This document shows, piece after piece, positions 32,285-40,108 of a stretch of DNA of 40,108 nucleotides. Where the stretch lies: positions 1-40,108 of IMG/VR virus record IMGVR_UViG_3300033067_001333. The stretch is one strand, 5' to 3'. The position numbers were made by a program, and so were the translations under genes. Each line of letters opens with the position of its first letter. Position 1 is the stretch's first letter. The DNA is from a virus. Lineage: Duplodnaviria; Caudoviricetes. The notes under the pieces are model-generated. The model was not told the origin of the DNA. It did not search any database and was given only the letters and a program-made list of their open reading frames with translations.

Positions 32285-35200
32285 TTAGTTTTTAGTTCTT
32301 CTGCTTATTAAATCTCTCCAAGTTAAATCCCCTTCATCGTTTAACCAATCGATAAAGTTAAAAGCTAAGTTGTTCACGGTCTGTGGGTATGCGAATAAAA
32401 TTGAAGAAGATCTTGCCACAGACTCAGCAAAATTTTTATCTGCCTCTTTATCCTCAGACAGCATTATTCCTAGCGCATCCGGTATTGGTTTTATCAACGT
32501 TTCGATTGACTGCTGTAATGGTAACTGAATGTTCGATTTCCTACCGGTTGCCCTATCTATTCCATATCCGGCGATGTCTCTTAAAAGCCATACATAAGAA
32601 AATGGTTGTTGAAGAAATCTTGATAGAAATCTTTTTTTCTTCTCTTCATCGTCGTCTGATTGATTATTCCTAAAAAATTCTCTCCAAATGTTTTCATTTA
32701 GTCCCTGCAGTATCCATGAATAAAAAGCAACTTTCGCTATACCGGCAAGAGCAAGCCCCACATTCCCTTTGTCATATTCCAAACCGGCTAACTTACCGGA
32801 TAGCCAAGCGCGATTGAACATCATTGAAAGCCAAGAGTAATACATCGATGTTACTTTCTTAAACTCGCTACCTCTTTGAGCTCCAACTTGATCAAGTATA
32901 GATCCGCTTCCAAATGTTCTCGCCACTACTTCGTCGGCAAGGTTCCGTGCAGCATCGTGCCCATGCTTTGACAAATTATCGTCATAAACAATCTTCCACA
33001 CTGGGTATGAAACAGCCTCATCAGCTAAAGATTGCAACATGAACCCGAATTGATGAAGAGCTGAATCTTTCCCCGCCCATTTCTTTGCAATATCCGATAT
33101 ATCACGATCACGCAGTTGAGATCTGTATCGCATCCTTTCTGAATTCTCATCTACAAAATTCTTTATCTCTGACGGATTTAATGCAAAATCTTTAATAGCA
33201 ACAGCCGTTTTTTTGATCCCTATTTCAGAGCTTGAATTAATTAAATTGCCAACAAGGTCCATTGGCAAGCTATAGGCTCGATAAGAAAGAGTCGCGAATG
33301 TAGTATGGAATCTAAACCATCGCATGGCCTTCTCAACTGGCGTTACAAATTCACCCTGATCAGACGCAATGGCCTTTATGTGTTGATCGATGGCTCTATA
33401 GCCAGAAAGGCCTACTGCATTTATTACGCCTTCTTTTACTGCTGGTTGACGCATGAACCGAGAAGTATCTATGACGGCTTCTCGGAAAGACAAGTCATGT
33501 ACAACATTCTCAAGATGATCAAATAGAACATTGAGTGATAATCTTACTGGCCTTTGCAACGACGCGACTCTGGCTTCTGTATGCCCGTGGTCTGTATGAG
33601 CCCGTGTTGCAGAATATTGTTTATAAAGAGCATTCTTTTGCTCTGCGTTCTTATACGCTTCAATTGATCTTTCAAAATCGTATGCCAACGGATAATATCC
33701 GCCACGGAATACCCCGAACTTTGTCTTAACTGGAACGGGTTTAACTGATTTGGGCTCATTACCAGAAACACGCATTTCTAGTGCTGAAATTTCTGGCCAA
33801 AAATTATCTAAATAATCCCATACACGCTGAACGAAATTCCACTCATTTTCATCTAATGTCTCAAGAATTTGATCGACCTGGCCTTCTTCAAGTGAAAATC
33901 CTTTCATCACCCTATCTCTGTTCCCAGCATTCCCCCAATTTAATGCCATGGACAAAATCTCTTCTCTTGTGAAGTATCTATTGAATGGGGGGAAGTGAAT
34001 CCTATCGTCTTTGTATTTAGCCAAATTTTCCTTGGTACCGAAGTGATCTTCCAGGATAGAGTTAACATCACTTGTCATCTTCTCATAGCGGGCTAATTTT
34101 GAATCTTCCGCTGTTTTTAGAATTTGATACACGTAACGAACCATCGGCCCATTATCTTTTCCACCATCAAGATATTTATTAAGGGTTAAAAGGTTTATGT
34201 AGTTTTCGAGTATGCCTCCATTAACGGAATTTATTATCCGGTCAATAGTGTCTCGTATTTTTGAATCGGTAGCATGTCCGGGGGCCAAATGCTTAGTAAA
34301 TTTATCCCCTATGTTTTCTGCAATGGATTTATAAGTTTCAGAGGCTGCTTGTCGCATGTCCGAAGTAATAAAAGCGCTTAAGAACCTATCGTATTTCTTT
34401 CCAATACCAGAGATTATTTTTACGACATCACGGATCTCTTTTAATTCTTTTAACTTTAAAAGATCCATTGTTTTTGGATCCGATCTTAGAATGTCGTACG
34501 ACAAATCTACTGCGTAATAATTATCGTTAATTCTGTCCACTAATTCTGGGAGTGTCTCAAACCTGGCTTCCCCAGACTCTGATTGGACTATTCCTGTCTC
34601 ATTTGCAATTCTCTCTCTATCAGCCCCTTTCGCTACTAGATCACTCGCAATGCGAGACATCATTTGCTGATCTTCCACCTGCCTGCCGGACAACCCGAAC
34701 CGAATAAGCAGATTGTCAATCTGACGAATAAATCCGTAAGGCATATCCTTCATGTCTGCCCCACGCTCAGAAAAACCAGCCAAATATTTTGTTATTTTTT
34801 CTACTTCATTCTTATTCCTAAGCGCTTCAGTTGCTAGCGCATGGTTAAGCATTTGTTGCCTTTTTAAATCAGCCGCTAATCGGATATCTTCTTTTTGAAG
34901 TGCACGCGCCACTTTAACAGCAGCATTTCTTTCGGCAGTAAAGTATTGCGAGTAAGAGGTCGATTCGACTAATGGCTTGTTGGCTAATATTTCCTTTGCT
35001 TGCTGCTTTATTATTCTCGCTTCTTCCGAAGCAGCTATGCGTCTGGCTTGAGAAACTCTCGATTTAACAGTTGATTCATAAATCATTCTCTCTAGCGCTT
35101 CTTTCTCGTAAGCCATGAGTTCTACTTGATTTTCGGAATGAACAATCTCTGCTGCTTGCAATCGAATCTTCTCTGGATCTCGTAAGTCGCTTAGAGATCG

Positions 35201-38200
35201 CATATGATCATCGACTTGTTTTTTCAGGACTTGATCGAATGGCGGAATAGATGAAATCTTTTGTGCCAATTCGCTGGCACTGGACAAACCTTCTAGCTGA
35301 GCCTGGGTTTCAAGCGAAATGATCTCTCCTGGCTGTAATTCTTTTGTTGCATACCTACTTGCAATATCATGCGGATCAAGTTTCATTGCTTTTTTGATCC
35401 TAGCCAAAAGTTTGTAATCATCAGTCTCTTTTAGCTTCGCACTTAACTCTTTGGTTACTCTTGTACGCTCTTCAGCAAACGTCCCTTTAACGGTCGCTTT
35501 TATCTCCTGCATTCTCTGTTTAAGCAAATTAGATACCGCTTCCTCATGCGCTTTTAAGCGTAAATCAGATAGCTTTTCGACGACCTTCGGATCTAATCCA
35601 CTGACGTCAATTTTAATATCCAACCCCATTGCTCTTTCAGCCGCTGCAATTTCTTCTTCTGAAGCAAGCATACGGGACATGACAGAACGGACAGGATCAG
35701 ACAGCTCCACATTTAATCCTGCTGTTCCTTTATAAATCCCTACTAACCATCGTTTAAATCGGGTAAAAACCTTTCTTAATGCATCAGAGGGAGCATTCCC
35801 TTCGAGCATAAATGCCTCGAATCCTCTTGCAAACTTTTCCTGTTGTTCAGTTGTTAACGATTTCTGACCAGCTGAAATATCTAACCATTTAGAGAGAGTT
35901 CCCCAGTCTTCGAGGTATTTCTGTCCAGCATTACCTGACTGAACATATTTGAAGGTATCTTCTAAAACAATATGTGCTGACTCGTGCACGAATGTTGAAG
36001 CGTCTGCTTCTTTAAAAAGAGAAATAACAGCCTGTTCCGGGGATATTGTTACTTTCCCCCTGACGGAATCTCCGCCTTTTGACTGCTCGTATTCAACGAT
36101 CTTGACTAATTGATCATCGAAAACAACATAGTTGCTTGTACCAGATCCGACGGATCTGCTCTGTTGATCCAAATACCTTATCCCAGCGACTCCCTTGGAA
36201 GCCAAATACCTAGAAGCCAACTCAGATGCCTTCGATATATCAAAATCAATTTTATTCTTTGTGATGAAATCTTTTAATTCTGGCTTCAGGTTTTTGTATT
36301 CACGTGTAAACTCTTGAACTACTCCCTCGTAAAAACTTTCCCCTGTTGAAGAATACTGATCTAATCCTAGTTTTAATTTCTTTGAAATCCCCTGAAGCGT
36401 TGGCTGATCAACTAATAACTTCTGGTAATCAATGAATTTTTCTATATCAGGGATGTCGACTTTATAAATAGTCCCATCGCTCTTAACGTTCTTAGATTGG
36501 GCAATTTTCTTTTTATAGTACTCAGCAACACCTTTTTCTTCTGAGAAATAGAGACCCCAGCCATAGGCTTGAGATCCTTCCCCGCTGCCAACTTTATGAA
36601 GTGAAAACTTGTCAAACCTGTACGGAGACCCATGATAGGCAGACTGGAAAAGCTCTTGCGACTTGTCAGTAGATTTCCAGTTTTCAAAATTAGGTATTGC
36701 AGGTGCTTCTATTCCCCTCTTTTGCAACTCTTCCAAATCAACGGTACTACCGGCATTCTCAAGGCCTTGAGGAATATTGAACAAGGGGAAAGGAGGAAAT
36801 TCAGGATCACCCGTTTCTTGATATCCAATAAATTGAGCCACTTTGCTTGCTTTGTCTTGATTGAGAACTTCCCCTACAACACTTGTTGTTGACTGGTCAT
36901 TATTTTGTATTGATAGACCAACGCCTTTAAAATACTCTAATGGACTTATTCCACGCTTGTTGGATTCCGCGATAGATCTTGCTGCCCATAATTTCGCCCA
37001 GGATTCTTTTACAAGGGGCCATTGTTTTTCCGTTATACCATCCGGTTTAGCTAAACCGCTGGCCTTATCAAGCACATCGGAAACAATGGTGTCATAAGCA
37101 TTTTTCGTTTCCGCATCAGACTTAATCTGTTCTTGTACCTTTGAAATTTCTGAATTCAAATCCTCTGAAGCTTTCTTTTCAATTTCATTGACTTGCCTGA
37201 CAGTTAATCCGTCTGGAGTAAACTTAATATCATCCGCCAATCCTTGGTAGTGTTCAGTTCCAACAACTTCATTTGCCCACACAGAGAGAGGTATCTTTAA
37301 GTCCCCACCAATCTGCTTTGCGTCTTCTAATTGAGAAGAAATCCCAAGGCTCTCGGCGAATGTGGAAGGGTCAATTTTCTTGCTTTGAAAATAAGAATTA
37401 AATGAATCGACCGGCACGTAGATATTTTCTACGGGAGATCCCTTGGTTACGTTCTCGACGAATTCTTTGTGTGATGATGGTAGTCTCTGACGAAGTTTAG
37501 AGGCTTCAGCGCTTTCTCCCATGGCAAGATAAGTTTTTTTCGCCAATTCAGATGATCGTATTTCAGAACCCCTTAAGATTCCCATTGAGAACGCAGTAGG
37601 TGCTGTCATAAATCCACCGGACACTCCACCCAAGAAGAATGCATTCGTCGCTCTGTGCAACGAACCCTTCATGGCATTTGGATTTACCCCGGTAGCATAG
37701 TCACTGAAATCTTGTGCAACTTGAGTCCAGAATTCTTCATTTCCTTCCCCAGCAAAACTGTGAGCAAGAGATTTCGCGAAATCTTTCATCACTTTTCGCG
37801 AAGTATCTTTACCAAAGGAATTGGCTATGGAATTCTCCCACTTATTCAGTATTCCGAATGTGCCGATATTTTCAAATGCAGATTCGACTGTTCCCTGATA
37901 AGTTGCATTTAATGCAGCCATTGATGGATCCGCGCCAGCCTTTAGTGAATCGCTGTATGTCCCAGAAGCTTGCATTAGTCCGGCTCCAACAAGCGCAGCT
38001 TCTCCATATCCAGCAATCGATCCCAATAATAAAGCGGCTTGATTCGGTGCATTTGCCACGAATTGTGCTGCCAAGGCGCGCCCAGCATTGGATATATTTC
38101 CATCCTGCAGTTCTTGTAAGACATCTTTTTGTAAGTCCGGTACAACATATCGTTCTGCAGCCTTGTCTAAATATTTAGAGACAGGATTATCTTGTGCCGA

Positions 38201-38731
38201 TACTTGCCATTCGGGTTTCCCAATTGATTTAGAAAATAGGTTTTGTGGCAACGCAAACGCGCCATACAGGTACTCTGGTATTCTTGTAATAGAGGATGCG
38301 GTCTTGTATAGACCAGAATTAAGTGAGTTAATCATCGAATAACTGAATCCGTAATCTTTAACTGTTCTTTCAGTTTTCGTAAGGCTATCGATATCATCTT
38401 TTGCAACTGCCATGTTTTTTGGCGAAGACAGAAAATCAGAAGCAAACGGGTATTTATCTCTAACCTTATTTAATACATCTTCCGTTGGTAACGCTGCCGC
38501 TTTTTTCGCTGAGTCAAAATTTTCCTCTACATATTGCGGATCCTGCCCATGGAAGTCGGAAAGTCTCAATACTTCAGCAGCTTTGTTTGGATCCACATCC
38601 ATTGTCTCGTCTAGGGTGTCAACCAATGGATTTGACTTAACAGGAAATGAAATAGATTTAGGATCCAAATTGTCGAATGGATCGGTGCTCTGATCAATAG
38701 GGGCAATAAGAGGATTTACCTTATTACTCAT
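32285..38731 (-). CDS. Large internal virion/ejection protein (polyvalent, with ART-like and HExxH domains)
   Basis: 2148 aa at the gp16 position. AYHGSP...GEGSQAYGWGLYF...NYVVFD, ADASTFVHESAH, EKFARGFEAF, RGGYYPL. Confidence 0.85.
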   Translation of the reverse strand: MSNKVNPLIAPIDQSTDPFDNLDPKSISFPVKSNPLVDTLDETMDVDPNKAAEVLRLSDFHGQDPQYVEENFDSAKKAAALPTEDVLNKVRDKYPFASDFLSSPKNMAVAKDDIDSLTKTERTVKDYGFSYSMINSLNSGLYKTASSITRIPEYLYGAFALPQNLFSKSIGKPEWQVSAQDNPVSKYLDKAAERYVVPDLQKDVLQELQDGNISNAGRALAAQFVANAPNQAALLLGSIAGYGEAALVGAGLMQASGTYSDSLKAGADPSMAALNATYQGTVESAFENIGTFGILNKWENSIANSFGKDTSRKVMKDFAKSLAHSFAGEGNEEFWTQVAQDFSDYATGVNPNAMKGSLHRATNAFFLGGVSGGFMTAPTAFSMGILRGSEIRSSELAKKTYLAMGESAEASKLRQRLPSSHKEFVENVTKGSPVENIYVPVDSFNSYFQSKKIDPSTFAESLGISSQLEDAKQIGGDLKIPLSVWANEVVGTEHYQGLADDIKFTPDGLTVRQVNEIEKKASEDLNSEISKVQEQIKSDAETKNAYDTIVSDVLDKASGLAKPDGITEKQWPLVKESWAKLWAARSIAESNKRGISPLEYFKGVGLSIQNNDQSTTSVVGEVLNQDKASKVAQFIGYQETGDPEFPPFPLFNIPQGLENAGSTVDLEELQKRGIEAPAIPNFENWKSTDKSQELFQSAYHGSPYRFDKFSLHKVGSGEGSQAYGWGLYFSEEKGVAEYYKKKIAQSKNVKSDGTIYKVDIPDIEKFIDYQKLLVDQPTLQGISKKLKLGLDQYSSTGESFYEGVVQEFTREYKNLKPELKDFITKNKIDFDISKASELASRYLASKGVAGIRYLDQQSRSVGSGTSNYVVFDDQLVKIVEYEQSKGGDSVRGKVTISPEQAVISLFKEADASTFVHESAHIVLEDTFKYVQSGNAGQKYLEDWGTLSKWLDISAGQKSLTTEQQEKFARGFEAFMLEGNAPSDALRKVFTRFKRWLVGIYKGTAGLNVELSDPVRSVMSRMLASEEEIAAAERAMGLDIKIDVSGLDPKVVEKLSDLRLKAHEEAVSNLLKQRMQEIKATVKGTFAEERTRVTKELSAKLKETDDYKLLARIKKAMKLDPHDIASRYATKELQPGEIISLETQAQLEGLSSASELAQKISSIPPFDQVLKKQVDDHMRSLSDLRDPEKIRLQAAEIVHSENQVELMAYEKEALERMIYESTVKSRVSQARRIAASEEARIIKQQAKEILANKPLVESTSYSQYFTAERNAAVKVARALQKEDIRLAADLKRQQMLNHALATEALRNKNEVEKITKYLAGFSERGADMKDMPYGFIRQIDNLLIRFGLSGRQVEDQQMMSRIASDLVAKGADRERIANETGIVQSESGEARFETLPELVDRINDNYYAVDLSYDILRSDPKTMDLLKLKELKEIRDVVKIISGIGKKYDRFLSAFITSDMRQAASETYKSIAENIGDKFTKHLAPGHATDSKIRDTIDRIINSVNGGILENYINLLTLNKYLDGGKDNGPMVRYVYQILKTAEDSKLARYEKMTSDVNSILEDHFGTKENLAKYKDDRIHFPPFNRYFTREEILSMALNWGNAGNRDRVMKGFSLEEGQVDQILETLDENEWNFVQRVWDYLDNFWPEISALEMRVSGNEPKSVKPVPVKTKFGVFRGGYYPLAYDFERSIEAYKNAEQKNALYKQYSATRAHTDHGHTEARVASLQRPVRLSLNVLFDHLENVVHDLSFREAVIDTSRFMRQPAVKEGVINAVGLSGYRAIDQHIKAIASDQGEFVTPVEKAMRWFRFHTTFATLSYRAYSLPMDLVGNLINSSSEIGIKKTAVAIKDFALNPSEIKNFVDENSERMRYRSQLRDRDISDIAKKWAGKDSALHQFGFMLQSLADEAVSYPVWKIVYDDNLSKHGHDAARNLADEVVARTFGSGSILDQVGAQRGSEFKKVTSMYYSWLSMMFNRAWLSGKLAGLEYDKGNVGLALAGIAKVAFYSWILQGLNENIWREFFRNNQSDDDEEKKKRFLSRFLQQPFSYVWLLRDIAGYGIDRATGRKSNIQLPLQQSIETLIKPIPDALGIMLSEDKEADKNFAESVARSSSILFAYPQTVNNLAFNFIDWLNDEGDLTWRDLISRRTKN

Positions 38732-40108
38732 TTTTTAATTCCCAACGCTTTGATCGCCTGCTCTACGTTAGCCGGAGTGTCTGGCAACTGGTTCCGCCTT
38801 AGATATGTTCTAGCTTGAGTAACGAGCTGATCTCCATAAGCATTGCTTAAATCTGTGTACCCTTCAGAAATAGCCACACGAACACCAGCATCACGTTTCC
38901 ATCCAGCGTCTTTTTTATCAAACCACCATGATCTTGGTGTAATAACAACGTCTTTAATTTTCTCATTTACCAACGAGCGTATTTGATCTGGATTTTTACC
39001 GATGGCATTAAGTTTTAGTTCTTGGACTGCGGCATCATAAAGATTTACTTTCTCTGGGTATCCGGGGATATCTCCTTTCTTTGAGGCTGGATATTTTGAT
39101 TTCAACACTTGCTTTGCATATTCCCACGCTGCCTGTGTTGTTTCTGGCTGTTTGTTGATCCACAGGTCAAAGTTGTCTTGCTTGTTTTCGTATAAGCTTG
39201 TGATGGTTGCTTGTTTATTCGCGATGTCAGTTTCATCAAAACCATACTTCGCTGCAAGCGGAAGCACGCTACTATAATCAGCCCCTTTACTTTTTAAAGT
39301 AATAAGCTCATTCGTAAATTCCCTGTCGCTCGTTTCTCGTTTTTGTCTAAGTTCAACATTCGAGACAGAAATCATAGATTGAACGTAGGAAGCGATTTGC
39401 TTTTTGCGCTCCACTGGATAATCCAACTTATCGACATAGTCCAATGACTTTTGTACATCGACCTCGCCGGTTGATGTTTTAAAGTTTTTTACTGTATCCC
39501 ACGTCGCAACCTGTTGATTATCAAGCATCTTCCCGTCTATTTTCTTTAATAGTTCGACTCGATATTTTTCAGGTACAACACCAGAGTTCTTCTCTAGGAT
39601 ATTAAGTGCCAATGTCGGATTTTTTTCTAATTGCGTATTAATAGAAGACACAAGCATCTTACCGGCCATATCATCCGCCTGCACTTTCGCAGAAACTGGA
39701 TCAGCACCTGCAAACCGAAGCCCTTGAACTGCAGATGTATGGCTTGTTTTAATTATTTCATTCAGTGCAGCCGGATCATCGACTGTTGCAGCGAAATTAA
39801 TATTGGACTCCATATTGGCTTCTAAGGAATTAGAGTAATCTTTTCTGTTCTGATCCGCTTCATGCCGAATAATTTGCTCCCTTGCGTTCAGCAGATGCGT
39901 ATCAAGATACTGTTGCATTTCTTGTTTTTGCTGAACGCCACTCAATCCTGATAAGTATTTCTCTTTTAATTTAGGAGCAATAGAATCGAATTGGAGCGTA
40001 GAACGCTGTGCCTGACTTAGTTGTCTGTTAAGAATTCCTTTTGGCATGCCATTCGCGTCAACATCCTGGCTGTACAGTGTATCCTGTAAGTCTTTTTGAA
40101 AAAGAGTT
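38728..40108 (-). CDS. 3' part of the internal virion protein (start at window position 253)
   Basis: The frame of the 38728..40047 ORF stays open to the window end (TLFQKDLQDTLYSQDVDANG-MPKG...). Helical. ATGA overlap with the 2148-aa gene. Confidence 0.85.
   Translation of the reverse strand, partial: TLFQKDLQDTLYSQDVDANGMPKGILNRQLSQAQRSTLQFDSIAPKLKEKYLSGLSGVQQKQEMQQYLDTHLLNAREQIIRHEADQNRKDYSNSLEANMESNINFAATVDDPAALNEIIKTSHTSAVQGLRFAGADPVSAKVQADDMAGKMLVSSINTQLEKNPTLALNILEKNSGVVPEKYRVELLKKIDGKMLDNQQVATWDTVKNFKTSTGEVDVQKSLDYVDKLDYPVERKKQIASYVQSMISVSNVELRQKRETSDREFTNELITLKSKGADYSSVLPLAAKYGFDETDIANKQATITSLYENKQDNFDLWINKQPETTQAAWEYAKQVLKSKYPASKKGDIPGYPEKVNLYDAAVQELKLNAIGKNPDQIRSLVNEKIKDVVITPRSWWFDKKDAGWKRDAGVRVAISEGYTDLSNAYGDQLVTQARTYLRRNQLPDTPANVEQAIKALGIKK
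40074..40108 (+). repeat. Right copy of imperfect 35-bp terminal direct repeat
   Basis: ACAGTGTATCCTGTAAGTCTTTTTGAAAAAGAGTT. Confidence 0.95.

Larger units (their letters stand above)
1..40108. mobile_element. Near-complete temperate podovirus genome (BPP-1/epsilon15-like virion module, lambdoid-type replication module)
   Basis: Contains terS, terL, portal, scaffold, capsid, tail tubular A/B, ejection proteins, fibre, endolysin/holin, integrase and replication initiator. No host housekeeping genes. The ends overlap. Confidence 0.95.

Noticed and set aside
812-39825. The many other plus-strand ORFs of 60-160 aa in the track
   Set aside because: They lie antisense to well-supported minus-strand genes and show no recognisable motifs.
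1-40108. Terminal repeat as attL/attR, and genome-wide stop-codon reassignment
   Set aside because: The repeat lies inside a virion gene far from int. Genes are full length in the standard code, and TAA, TAG and TGA all serve as stops.

Overview
This window looks like an essentially complete ~40.07 kb temperate podovirus genome (Caudoviricetes) cut open inside an internal-virion gene. The first and last 35 nt are an imperfect direct repeat, and one ORF reads in frame across the join. Almost all genes are on the minus strand. Transcription order is: tyrosine recombinase, promoter plus tandem terminators, tRNA-Val(CAC), early genes (Lar-like, putative annealing protein, Cas4-like exonuclease, replication initiator with iterons, Tad1-like, YkgJ-like, NinG-like, many small ORFs), a structured leader, terS/terL, a BPP-1/epsilon15-type head and short-tail module, ejection proteins (one 2148 aa with an ADP-ribosyltransferase-like and an HExxH domain), tail fibre, lysis cassette, and an 8-gene accessory fibre-like operon with two sets of paralogs. 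The only plus-strand genes I accept are a 59-aa XRE HTH protein and an outer-membrane beta-barrel, which implies a diderm host. Best novelty candidates: (i) an identical anti-Shine-Dalgarno 10-mer in front of the capsid and tail-fibre genes, with a 35-aa uncalled peptide gene beside the capsid copy; (ii) the 2+3 paralog appendage operon; (iii) a symmetric overlapping-promoter switch with a probably leaderless HTH gene; (iv) a tRNA inside the attenuated early leader next to the integrase. All family assignments come from motif recognition and synteny by eye. No database search was run.
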